Shown one piece after another: positions 53,831 through 62,908 of a stretch of 64,000 nucleotides of DNA (the first letter of the stretch is position 1; every line of letters starts with the position of its first letter). The position numbers and the translations under genes are program-made. The DNA is from Candidatus Bathyarchaeota archaeon (GTDB lineage Archaea; Thermoproteota; Bathyarchaeia; Bathyarchaeales; Bathycorpusculaceae). The DNA is taken from NCBI GenBank assembly GCA_963806535.1, contig CAWDYC010000005.1, forward strand, positions 288,001 to 352,000. The letters run 5' to 3'. The notes under the pieces were generated by a model. The model had not been told where the DNA came from and made no database searches. It saw nothing but the letters and a program-made list of their open reading frames with translations.

Positions 53831-54586
53831 CTATTGTTCGTTTAACAGGTCAGCGAGTAACCGACGTTCCGCTCTTCTTAAATGAACAGCTAAAGTAGAA
53901 CTCGCAAGCCCAAGCTTTGCTGCAAGTTCATCCGCGCTTACTTTTCTAGGCGTATCAAAGTAGCCAAGCCTAAAAGCCAAAATGACAGCGTCCCGCTGTT
54001 TTTCAGTTAGGCGACTAAATGGTGAGCTAGGCAAGAATTTTGCATCCATAAGTGAAACCACCTTAAAATTTCCTGCTTTTTCGAAAAATTCAAGCGCCTC
54101 TTTCACTTGGTCATTATCTCCAAGCAAAGTAACTCTAACTTTTCCATCGCGATAACTAACAGGCATAGATGGGTACATAATTAGTTTTATGCTGCTCGTT
54201 TGAGAACTTGAATGAGGCGGCTTTCCCTTCATGAAGTAAATATAGATTCCTTCTTTTTCTTTCTCTAACAGTTGCAGTTCGACCTTGGCACCATGAGTCA
54301 TCTCTTTGTTATTAAATAGGTCTTCAATGTTGAAAGAAGGATCTTTGATTTCCACCTTAAGTATAGCTGCGAATTCGTCCTGATCAAATCTGAGAACATG
54401 CAGCATCTCAAATGACTTTATCTTTTGCAACATTTCCAATAATTTTAGACTCGATTCAATGTCAGGCGACTTTATGTTTTGATTCGGAAATTCTGGCTCA
54501 GGTTTGTCGACATCCTTTAGGTTTTCTAGATCTTTTAGTTTTTTAATTTGGTCTTTTATCGACAACTCTAAAACTAGTCTGCGCAC
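53831..54586 (-). CDS. HTH_10 (bacterio-opsin activator-like) regulator
   Basis: LTEKQR..AFRLGYFDTPRKVSADELA..STLAVHLRRAE. Confidence 0.88.
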   Translation of the reverse strand: MRRLVLELSIKDQIKKLKDLENLKDVDKPEPEFPNQNIKSPDIESSLKLLEMLQKIKSFEMLHVLRFDQDEFAAILKVEIKDPSFNIEDLFNNKEMTHGAKVELQLLEKEKEGIYIYFMKGKPPHSSSQTSSIKLIMYPSMPVSYRDGKVRVTLLGDNDQVKEALEFFEKAGNFKVVSLMDAKFLPSSPFSRLTEKQRDAVILAFRLGYFDTPRKVSADELAAKLGLASSTLAVHLRRAERRLLADLLNEQ

Positions 54587-54628
54587 AGATAGGGATTGGC
54601 GTGGTACCCTAAATACTTTTTGAAAAGA

Positions 54629-54656
54629 CGAGTGTATTCGCTACAAGCTTAATCCG
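54629..54656 (+). promoter_or_regulatory. 28-bp conserved promoter element, copy 1 (copy 2 at 56268-56295)
   Basis: CGAGTGTATTCGCTACAA(G/A)CTTAATCCG upstream of both the MFS and the ABC genes. Confidence 0.7.
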
Positions 54657-54696
54657 CATGCCTTGACATGTGTAGGGAAAAACGAAGCGAAAAAAC

Positions 54697-56197
54697 ATGA
54701 CAGCTTTAAACCCAAAAGATAATTCGTTACCAACCGGTAAGACAAAAGCCGACAAATACCCCATTCGGGCACTTGTAATCTTAACTGCATCTCTTCTACT
54801 CATCAGTTATGTAGAAACCATGGTTCTTCCAGGCATCCCGACAATTGTGAAAGACTTGTCTACAACAACAACCATTGGATCTTGGATCACATCCATAGTT
54901 CTCCTAGTTGGTGCCGTGGTTTCATCAATTTTCGGCAAACTAGGTGACCTTTATGGAAAGAAAAAAATGATGCTTGTAGCTCTTGCTTTCTATACCATGG
55001 GCGTCGGCATCGCGGGATTCTCAACTAGCATTTACTTCCTGATATTTGCCCGAGCCATCCAAGGCGTAGGCTTAGCCATGCTTCCACTGGCACTAGCGTT
55101 TTTAACAGATATATTTCCCAAAGAACGATTAGCCAGTGCAATGGGCGTCATTGTAGGCTCAGCAGCCATCAGCACTTCGCTGGGATTAGTGCTTGGATCA
55201 TACGTTATTCAAAACTTAGGTTGGCGTGATGCTTTCCACATTGCGGCGATATTAAGCGTGATAGTTTTTGTCGCTGTCGTAGTGGTCATAAAACGAGACG
55301 CCTCCTGTACAAAGTGTAAAATAGACTACGTCGGTGCCCTACTGCTTTCACTAGGAATAGCACTTGTACTGATATACACAACGGAAGGATCAGCGCTAGG
55401 CTGGTTTTCACTTGAAGAATTGGCATTCTTGATTCCTGGGCTTTCATTGATAATTTCATTCTTCTACGCGGAAACTGTAGTGCCTGAACCGTTAATTCGG
55501 CTTGATCTTCTTAAAATAAGAAATGTTTTTATCGCTAATTTAGTTGTTCTCATATCAGGCATCACGAACTTTCTGCTCTTCTTTGTCGCCATCGAGTACC
55601 TTGAAGTGCCTGCGCCATATGGGCTGGGTTTTGATGTCATCCACACTGGTCTAACAATAGTGCCAGGTACAATAGTCATGCTTATAATGGGGCCGCTTGT
55701 TGGAAGGCTGGTGAGTAGAGTTGGACCCAAGCCAACACTCGTTGCAGGTGCAGGCGTCGAAATCGTGAGCTTTTTGCTGTTCATAGTCAACCGAGGAACC
55801 GCCATAGGCGTCACAGTAGACATAATTTTCGGTTTTATAGGACTTGTCACTCTGCTGGTACCTATCTCAAACATGATATCCCTATCTCTGCCCAAAGAAA
55901 GCATCTCTGTTGGTCAAGGATTCAACCAAACTCTCAAGAATCTTGGAAGTCGCAGTTGGGCCAGTTCTTACAACGTCAATCTTGGCTTCATTCACCGTTG
56001 CAGTAACTAAAGTCGTAGGTGGAAAAAGCGTTATTGTCGCAACTCTGCCCTCAGCAACAGCGTTCAACGTTATCTTCGGAATAGGTATCGCATTAGCCGT
56101 TTTAATCATCGCTTTGAGTCTGACAATCAAGAACGATGTTTTCAAAAAACCGAAGCAGGATGTGTCGAGAACCCTTGAAAAGAAGACTGTACCTTAG
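54697..56197 (+). CDS. MFS drug:H+ antiporter (DHA2-like), frameshift near 55950
   Basis: FGKLGDLYGKKK, ARAIQG; about 14 TM segments. Confidence 0.88.
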
Positions 56198-56267
56198 AAT
56201 GGAAGCCAGTGCCCGCTCGTTAAATTACTTGCTGGGCTGACGTTGCATCCTAATATTTTATAAAAAG

Positions 56268-56295
56268 CGAGTGTATTCGCTACAAACTTAATCCG
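56268..56295 (+). promoter_or_regulatory. 28-bp conserved promoter element, copy 2
   Basis: 27/28 match to 54629-54656. Confidence 0.7.
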
Positions 56296-56339
56296 AAACA
56301 GCAACCATGTATTAGGAAATTACGTGAAGTGAAAAATAA

Positions 56340-57341
56340 ATGGATCCATCAGATATTATTTCGGTCGAAAACCTCGTAGAGGTCTATGCTGACGGTACAA
56401 GAGCACTTGAAGGGATCTCTTTTAATGTGAAAAAGGGCGAGTTTTTCGGGTTTCTGGGGCCAAATGGCGCAGGAAAAAGCACCACAATCAAAATCCTCAC
56501 CACGCTCCTCAAAAAGACTTCAGGGCACGTGCAAGTAGCTGGTTACGATTTAGAAAAATCGCCAAAAGAAATCCGAAAAGTTATCGGAGTCCTCACACAA
56601 GAAACCATAATAGACGTTGACCTAACAGGCAAAGAAAACCTCCGTCTTCAAGGTCGACTCCAACAAATGCATGGTAGCGCCTTAGACCAACGAGTGGACG
56701 AGCTACTAAAAACTGTGCAGCTTGAAGAATTCGCAAACAAACCTGCTGGCCGATATTCAGGCGGCATGAAAAAACGGCTTGACCTCGCCTCTGCCCTAAT
56801 TCATAAGCCTAAATTACTTTTCCTTGATGAGCCGACAACTGGGCTTGATCCTCAAGCCCGTGCGTCAATATGGGACTACCTGGATGAGCTAAACAGGGAA
56901 GAAGGCATTACAATATTTTTGACGACTCAGTACTTGGAGGAGGCAGACAAACTCTGCCGGCGACTCTCAATAATTGATCACGGGAAAATTGTTGCTGGTG
57001 GTTCGCCAACAGAACTCAAGCAGGCAATCGGACATGACACCATAACTCTTTCTCTTAAGGACCCAAAAGATTCCCTGTTGAGATCCGAAACAAAAAGGAT
57101 TTTGCAAGAAATTCCTGGCGTAGTGGATGTTACTGATTCAGACGGCGGTATTGCTGCTCATGCGAAGAACGCGGATGAAATAATAGCTGATGTAGTTACA
57201 GCGTTGGACCGCAATAACATTCGCCCGACTTCTTTGAACATGTCCTCTCCAACACTTGATGATGTTTTCCTGCACCACACAGGCAGAAGAATAAGACCCG
57301 AAGAACTCGGCAGAAAAATCAACGAACAAATCTTAATGTGA
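56340..57341 (+). CDS. DrrA-like ABC transporter ATP-binding protein
   Basis: GPNGAGKST, YSGGMKKR, FLDEPTTGLDP. Confidence 0.93.
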   Translation: MDPSDIISVENLVEVYADGTRALEGISFNVKKGEFFGFLGPNGAGKSTTIKILTTLLKKTSGHVQVAGYDLEKSPKEIRKVIGVLTQETIIDVDLTGKENLRLQGRLQQMHGSALDQRVDELLKTVQLEEFANKPAGRYSGGMKKRLDLASALIHKPKLLFLDEPTTGLDPQARASIWDYLDELNREEGITIFLTTQYLEEADKLCRRLSIIDHGKIVAGGSPTELKQAIGHDTITLSLKDPKDSLLRSETKRILQEIPGVVDVTDSDGGIAAHAKNADEIIADVVTALDRNNIRPTSLNMSSPTLDDVFLHHTGRRIRPEELGRKINEQILM

Positions 57342-57353
57342 GGTAAAACAAAA

Positions 57354-58116
57354 ATGACACTATTTTATGACATTCAATCCTTGTTCCAAAGAGCTTTAAT
57401 AAAACTACGGAGAAACCCTACTCTACTGTTTGTCCACCTCTTCACGCCATTGCTGTTTCTGATCCTTTTCTCCCAGTTACTTCAACAACTCGGCATTTTT
57501 CTAGGACCAACTGGAAGTTACCTTGCTTACCTTACGCCGGGGATATTGGTGCTGAATTTAGTAATTGGTATGCCGACGGGCCAGTCGAGTCGTGAGTGAT
57601 CTTAACTCGGGGTTTCTTCAGAAAGTGCTTTTAACTCCTGCCAGCAGATCGGCAATTTTGCTTGGTCGCTTGGTGAGCGACATACTCGTGCTGATGGCCC
57701 AGTCAGCCATAATAATTGGAGTGGCAATGCTGCTGGGTCTTAGAATCGCAACCGGGGTCGGTGGACTCTTACTCATTTTCGTGACTTTTGCCTTCTTCGG
57801 ACTTGCTTGGTTTGGGCTTTCACTTGCCTTGGGCTTGAAGACAAAGAACGCAGAAACTCTATCAGCAGTTTCCAATATTATAGCCTTACCACTTATGTTC
57901 ATTAGCAGTGGCCTCTTTCCCACATCAATCATGCCTCTTTGGGCGCGAACCGTTGCTGACTACAACCCATTGAGTTATGTTTCTAACGTAACAAGAGGCT
58001 TAATCGAGGGAGGGTTGACTTGGAGTACGTTTGTTTCTGCTTACGCTGTAATCGGAGTGATTGCGATTGTGACTTTCGGCGCTACTTTGTACCTATTCAG
58101 GAAAGTGGTCAGTTAA
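57354..58116 (+). CDS. ABC-2 permease (frameshifted near 57570-57600)
   Basis: YLTPGI, DLNSGFL, FISSGLFP, YNPLSY. Confidence 0.85.
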
Positions 58117-58395
58117 AAGGACCTAAAAATGACAACAGATAAACTGATTACAATGCCAGTGCTGGATAACAATTCCTCATTTTTTTTATTTTTCTAAAAA
58201 ACTTTCTGTATTTTGTTGAACTCAATATACCCGCAAAGTTTTTTTCTAAAGCCTTATTTATCGGTCGGATTGGTTGCTGGATTTTTTTTGCGGATAGAGG
58301 CTTAATTGCGTTAGCGGTGGCTTTGTTGATTGCCGCTTGGTATTTTACCCTTTTTTTGATGAATGCTCCCGTTTGCCTAGGTTTATTTGCCATAT

Positions 58396-58421
58396 TGGTG
58401 CATGGGGTGGGAGTTGAACCC
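58396..58421 (-). other. Degenerate tRNA 3'-end fragment (T-arm + acceptor strand + CCA)
   Basis: GGGTTCAACTCCCACCCCATGCACCA with no matching 5' half. Confidence 0.45.
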
Positions 58422-58500
58422 GAGTGCACTCCGAAAGTACACATAGCTAAGCACCGTGTGCAGCTAGGTTAAATATAATTTCACGTGTGAAGTAATAACG

Positions 58501-59304
58501 ATGGCAAGGGTAATTTGTGTGGATGAAGAAAACGAACAAAAAAGCAAACTCAAAGACGACGCTACAGATCCAAAATGGTTACTGCGCTTAGGAGTACTTG
58601 AATCACTCAACGAAAAAGCAATGTCCTGCTCAGAATTAATTGATGAAATCCACAAGAACACCGGCGGAACATGGAAACCCAGTCTAGACGTAATCTACCC
58701 ATTACTTACCAAACTCCAAGATAACGCATATGTAAAAGAATTGCCCAACGGAAAAGGGTTTAAACGCTATGAGTTAACACAAAATGGCAAAAACTTGCTT
58801 GTGGACCAAACCAAAATTAAAGAGAAGTTTATTCAAGACACCATAAGAGAGGCACATTTGAAAAAAGGATTTCATGTTTTGGATTTTGGCTGTGGACCAG
58901 GACGTTATGTACTTGCTGTTTCAAAAGCAATAGGGGTGACAGGTAAACTGTATGCGTTGGATACTGCGCCGCTTGCCCTTGAAATGGTAAGACAAATCGT
59001 CGATAAAAATAAGCTAGCGAATGTAAAAACTATTGAATCCGATTGCGATACAGGTCTACCTGACGAAGAATTAGACGTTGCCTTCTTATATGATGCGTTT
59101 CACGGCTTCGATGACCCAAATGCCATATTGTCTGAAGTGCATAGAGTGCTAAAACCGACGGGTATCTTATCATTTAGCGACATCCATATAGAGGATAACG
59201 AGATAATCTCAAGCGTCACCCGCCGTAGATTATTTAAGCTAAAAAGCAAAAACCAATTAACCTATACATTCATGAAGACAGTAAAAGTGCTCATCGACAA
59301 ATAG
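58501..59304 (+). CDS. PadR wHTH fused to a class I SAM methyltransferase
   Basis: WKPSLDVIYPLL..YELTQNG; VLDFGCGPG, EVHRVLKPTG. Confidence 0.8.
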   Translation: MARVICVDEENEQKSKLKDDATDPKWLLRLGVLESLNEKAMSCSELIDEIHKNTGGTWKPSLDVIYPLLTKLQDNAYVKELPNGKGFKRYELTQNGKNLLVDQTKIKEKFIQDTIREAHLKKGFHVLDFGCGPGRYVLAVSKAIGVTGKLYALDTAPLALEMVRQIVDKNKLANVKTIESDCDTGLPDEELDVAFLYDAFHGFDDPNAILSEVHRVLKPTGILSFSDIHIEDNEIISSVTRRRLFKLKSKNQLTYTFMKTVKVLIDK

Positions 59305-59397
59305 AGCCTTATCGTTTGTAGAGGATTTCTATGATCAAGGAATTTAAAAAACGTCAGGATAATCGTCAGGACAAAAACCATGTATTTTATTTATAAG

Positions 59398-59456
59398 TGG
59401 TGCCGGGGGGTGGGACTTGAACCCACTAAGGCCTGCGCCATAGGATCTTAAATCCT
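59398..59456 (-). mobile_element. tRNA-Leu(TAA) 3' fragment (anticodon arm to CCA), probable att-site remnant
   Basis: AGGA-TTTAAGA-TCCT, long variable arm, GTGGG-TTCAAGT-CCCAC, ..CGGCACCA; no D-arm or 5' acceptor strand. Confidence 0.7.
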
Positions 59457-59476
59457 TCTCTATATCTAAGGTAATC

Positions 59477-59531
59477 AAAGCGTCCTTTAGTTGGCGCTAC
59501 CATGGATGAATATATACGTCACCATTGGAAT
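59477..59531. repeat. Imperfect direct repeat of about 55 bp, copy 2
   Basis: Matches 48301-48355. Confidence 0.75.
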
Positions 59532-59620
59532 AGCCCTTTAGCTTTTTTAAAAACTGAAAGCCCATTAGGTCCCTTTGGTCAAGTATGAACTTTTTCTCTT
59601 CTAAATTTACTTAATGGGAA

Positions 59621-60103
59621 TTATGAGTTTGAACGGTTTATTGTTGCCTCGCGAATTCCTTCTTGGGATATTGCGTTTTTGAGTTTTTTTAATAGTAATA
59701 ACAATTCAGTTGTTTCTTGCGGTGTCAGAGCACTGACTGATTTCTGGAGAAACTCTGTAATTTGCTCTCTTGTTTTTTCGTAAAATTTCTTCCCTTCGGG
59801 GGTAAGTTGAATTTCTATTTTTCTTCGGTCTTTGCAGTCTTCCCGTTTCACTAGCCCCTTTTTTTCCATTCGGTCAATTAGGCTGGTTATAGTTGGTGAA
59901 CTAACCATAAGCTCATGGCTAAGTTCATTCATTTGCATCGGTTTTTTTGAGATAATTTTGAGCACAGCCCATTGTTGATCAGTTATATTATTCTGTTTTC
60001 CGATAACATCTATTAGCACTTTGGAGAAAAGTCTCTGGATGTCTCTTATTTCAGCGGAAATTTCCTCTCGCTGTGTTTTCGTTGCTTCTTCAAGTTCATT
60101 CAT
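59621..60103 (-). CDS. MarR family regulator
   Basis: ITDQQWAVL, TITSLIDRMEKKGLVKR..DRR..LTPEG. Confidence 0.92.
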   Translation of the reverse strand: MNELEEATKTQREEISAEIRDIQRLFSKVLIDVIGKQNNITDQQWAVLKIISKKPMQMNELSHELMVSSPTITSLIDRMEKKGLVKREDCKDRRKIEIQLTPEGKKFYEKTREQITEFLQKSVSALTPQETTELLLLLKKLKNAISQEGIREATINRSNS

Positions 60104-60121
60104 ATCATTCTACCCAAACAT

Positions 60122-60226
60122 TTAGCCATACCAATTATTAGTGTGACTAACTATAAATACCTGTTTGATATTATTTAGTCACACTAATGTTCAGTCCACC
60201 TAAGTTATTCGGTGAATAAAATGGTA
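60122..60226. promoter_or_regulatory. MarR-type promoter/operator with TTAG-N5-CTAA boxes (duplicated at 61066-61172)
   Basis: TTAGTGTGACTAA and TTAGTCACACTAA flank TATAAATA. Confidence 0.7.
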
Positions 60227-60373
60227 AGCACGAACTCTAATAAAGAATTAAAAAATTTCCAGCCTGAAAACAAACCCGTCGCCCTGGTCACCGGGGCTAA
60301 TCAAGGAATCGGTCTTCAGATCGCAAAGGGTCTTGCGGCACACGGATTCAAATTGGGGAGTAACCATGTTTAG
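60221..60373 (+). pseudogene. Truncated SDR oxidoreductase N-terminus (50 aa)
   Basis: VALVTGANQGIGLQIAKGLAAHG followed by a stop. Confidence 0.7.
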
Positions 60374-61085
60374 AAAAAGCAAAGCTAAGGAAATTGAACA
60401 GTTTTCCACTCTACCGCTTGCAAAGAAAGAACTTGCCGTTTTCTATTTAGGAAAATCAGGTTTTCTTGCGCGAACAACAAATTCAACAGTCATAATTGAT
60501 CCTGCAGGATTCCTCAAGAAAGAGGAGGTAACCAACCTAAAGGCAGTTAATTTGCTGCTCTTTACTCACAGTCACGGGGACCATTTTAATTCAGGCGCAA
60601 CTCAAGCCATCTTCAAGGCAACAGCTGCTCCGATACTGGCTGAGTCTAAAGTAATCAAAAAACTAAGTGGAAAAATACCCGCAGGTAAACTTACAAGTGC
60701 CGAGTCTGGAAAAACCTACACTTTCGGCGATATTACGGTTACAGCTATTAAGGGTACCCATCTTGGTCCAATCATGTTATACCAAGTAAGAACTGGTGAT
60801 CTCATTGTTTTCCATGGCGGTGACTCTGGATACGTAACATTGAATGCATATCCGTCTGACATCGCGTTTCTTCCAACTGGAAGACCCACGGCTTCCCCTG
60901 AAAAAGCATACAAAATGGCGTCTGACCTTACACCCAGCTGGGCGGTTCCGATACATGGGTCCGCTAAACAGAAGCTACAGTTTGAAAGCAAAATAAAAGT
61001 AGGCATGCCCCAAACTCACGTTCTAATTCTTGAACCCTACACAAGTGCAACCATTACGCCTAACATTAGCTGTACTAATTGTTAG
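60366..61085 (+). CDS. MBL-fold metallo-hydrolase (UlaG-like)
   Basis: IIDP, THSHGDH, FHGGDSG, VPIHG. Confidence 0.85.
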   Translation: MFRKSKAKEIEQFSTLPLAKKELAVFYLGKSGFLARTTNSTVIIDPAGFLKKEEVTNLKAVNLLLFTHSHGDHFNSGATQAIFKATAAPILAESKVIKKLSGKIPAGKLTSAESGKTYTFGDITVTAIKGTHLGPIMLYQVRTGDLIVFHGGDSGYVTLNAYPSDIAFLPTGRPTASPEKAYKMASDLTPSWAVPIHGSAKQKLQFESKIKVGMPQTHVLILEPYTSATITPNISCTNC

Positions 61086-61172
61086 TGTAACTAAGTATAA
61101 ATATCTGTTTTGATATTAGTTAGTGAGACTAATGTTTAGTTCATCTAAGTGCTTTGGTGAAATAAAATGGTA
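61066..61172. promoter_or_regulatory. Second copy of the MarR-type promoter, with four TTAG-N5-CTAA boxes
   Basis: TTAGCTGTACTAA, TTAGTGTAACTAA, TTAGTGAGACTAA, TTAGTTCATCTAA around TATAAATA. Confidence 0.7.
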
Positions 61173-62681
61173 CAATACAAATGGACTGCATTAACAAACA
61201 CATGCATGCGGGCGCGCAAACCAAAAGATATGTCAGCACAAACTGTTAGCGGGAAAGTTGACAAGTACCCGCTTCGAGCGCTCGTTGTGTTAACAGCAGC
61301 TACACTTCTTGTTACCTATGTGGAGACAATGGTTCTTCCAGGGATTCCTACAATCGAAAATGATCTTTCAACATCAATCACAATCGGCGCGTGGATCACA
61401 TCCATAGTCCTATTGATTGGCGCAACAGTTTCACCCATCTTTGGCAAACTAGGCGACCTCTACGGTAAAAAGAAACTAATCATCGTAGCCTTGGTCTTCT
61501 ACACGGTCGGCGTTAGTATCGCTGGCTTTTCACCAAACATTTACTTCCTCATATTTGCCCGAGCAATTCAGGGCATTGGTTTAGCTGTGATCCCACTGGC
61601 GCTCGCACTGCTCACAGATATATTTCCAAAAGAGAAATTAGCCACAGCCCAAGGCGCTATAGCTGGCTCAGCTGCCATTAGTATGGCATTGGGATTAGTG
61701 TTGGGCGCTTATATTATTCAGAACCTTGGCTGGCAATTTTCTTTTCACACAGCAGCTATTGTAAGCGTGATTTTATTCATAGCAGTTGTGGCGGTTCTAA
61801 AACCAGATGTTTCACGCATTAAATGTAAAATTGATTACATAGGTGCTTTTCTTCTTGCAGTTGGAGTAGCGCTTGTTTTGCTTTATACGACAGAAGGATC
61901 GGCGTTAGGCTGGTTTTCGATTGAAGAACTCGTTTTCTTGATCTCTGGGCTAGCATTGACTATCTCTTTCTTCTACTTTGAAAGCATAGTAGATGAGCCG
62001 TTAATCTCGCTGGATCTTCTTAAAATAAGAAACGTTCTCATTGCTAACATAATAACTATTATTGCAGGGATCCTCAATTTTCTGCTCTTCTTTGTCGTAA
62101 TCGAATACTTGGAACTTCCCCCTCCTTATGGATTGGGCCTTGACATAAGTGCAACGGGCTTAGTATTGGTGCCTGGCACAATAGTAATGCTCATCCTCGG
62201 TCCAGTAATTGGGCGTATCCTAACAAAAACGGGACCAAAACCAATATTTGCCGCAGGCGCATCCATAGCGATCCTAAGCTTCGTGCTTTTAATAGCGAAC
62301 CGAGGAACCAGTACTGATGTTACTATTGGCGTCATATTTGGATTTGCAATGTTGGTCACTTTGCTCGTGCCTATCGTCAACACGATCTCTGTTTCCCTAC
62401 CAAAAGAAGCCATCTCAGTTGGTCAAGGATTCAACCAAACTCTCAAGAATATTGGGAACGCATTCGGACCAGTACTAACAACGGCAATCTTGGCGACTTA
62501 CACTGAGCCGATAACTAAAATTATAGGTGGGAAATCAGTCGTTGTAGCCTCTGTTCCTTCAGCCACAGCGTTCAACATCGTCTTTGCCATAGGTATAGCA
62601 TTAGCAGTAATTGTCATCGCTCTAAGTTTAGCAATCAAAAACGGCGCTTTCAAAAAACCCTCACAGGCTGAGAAATCTTGA
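61167..62681 (+). CDS. MFS drug:H+ antiporter, paralog of 54697
   Basis: YVETMVLPGIPTI, FGKLGDLYGKKK, ESI/EAISVGQGFNQTLKN shared with the first MFS. Confidence 0.9.
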   Translation: MVQYKWTALTNTCMRARKPKDMSAQTVSGKVDKYPLRALVVLTAATLLVTYVETMVLPGIPTIENDLSTSITIGAWITSIVLLIGATVSPIFGKLGDLYGKKKLIIVALVFYTVGVSIAGFSPNIYFLIFARAIQGIGLAVIPLALALLTDIFPKEKLATAQGAIAGSAAISMALGLVLGAYIIQNLGWQFSFHTAAIVSVILFIAVVAVLKPDVSRIKCKIDYIGAFLLAVGVALVLLYTTEGSALGWFSIEELVFLISGLALTISFFYFESIVDEPLISLDLLKIRNVLIANIITIIAGILNFLLFFVVIEYLELPPPYGLGLDISATGLVLVPGTIVMLILGPVIGRILTKTGPKPIFAAGASIAILSFVLLIANRGTSTDVTIGVIFGFAMLVTLLVPIVNTISVSLPKEAISVGQGFNQTLKNIGNAFGPVLTTAILATYTEPITKIIGGKSVVVASVPSATAFNIVFAIGIALAVIVIALSLAIKNGAFKKPSQAEKS

Positions 62682-62908
62682 AAAAAGGACGTATCGTTTT
62701 TCGCGGCTGGAACATTCCTCTTTGTTCGGAGTGAGAGAAACCGATGGTCAGTGACACAAATGCGCAAAAGCAAGAAAAAGGAATTGACGAGATTCCCTCT
62801 TTCCCTTTTTTATCAAATATTATCGGTATAAGCTGTTGCAGTTATTTCGGTAACTCTTACACCAAGTTTACTCCAACCAAAAGAGCGTTACCCAAGGAGA
62901 TTGGATCT

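Noticed and set aside
3633-58116. Many split genes (mptG, pyrD, pyrK, hdrA, SPFH, hydrolases, ArsR, MFS, ABC permease) as pseudogenes or programmed frameshifts
   Set aside because: The breaks are single-base shifts in otherwise intact, partly essential genes, with no in-frame decay or shared slippery motif. Long-read indel errors are the simplest explanation.
59398-59456. Functional tRNA-Leu gene
   Set aside because: The 5' acceptor strand and D-arm are absent, so it is kept only as a fragment.
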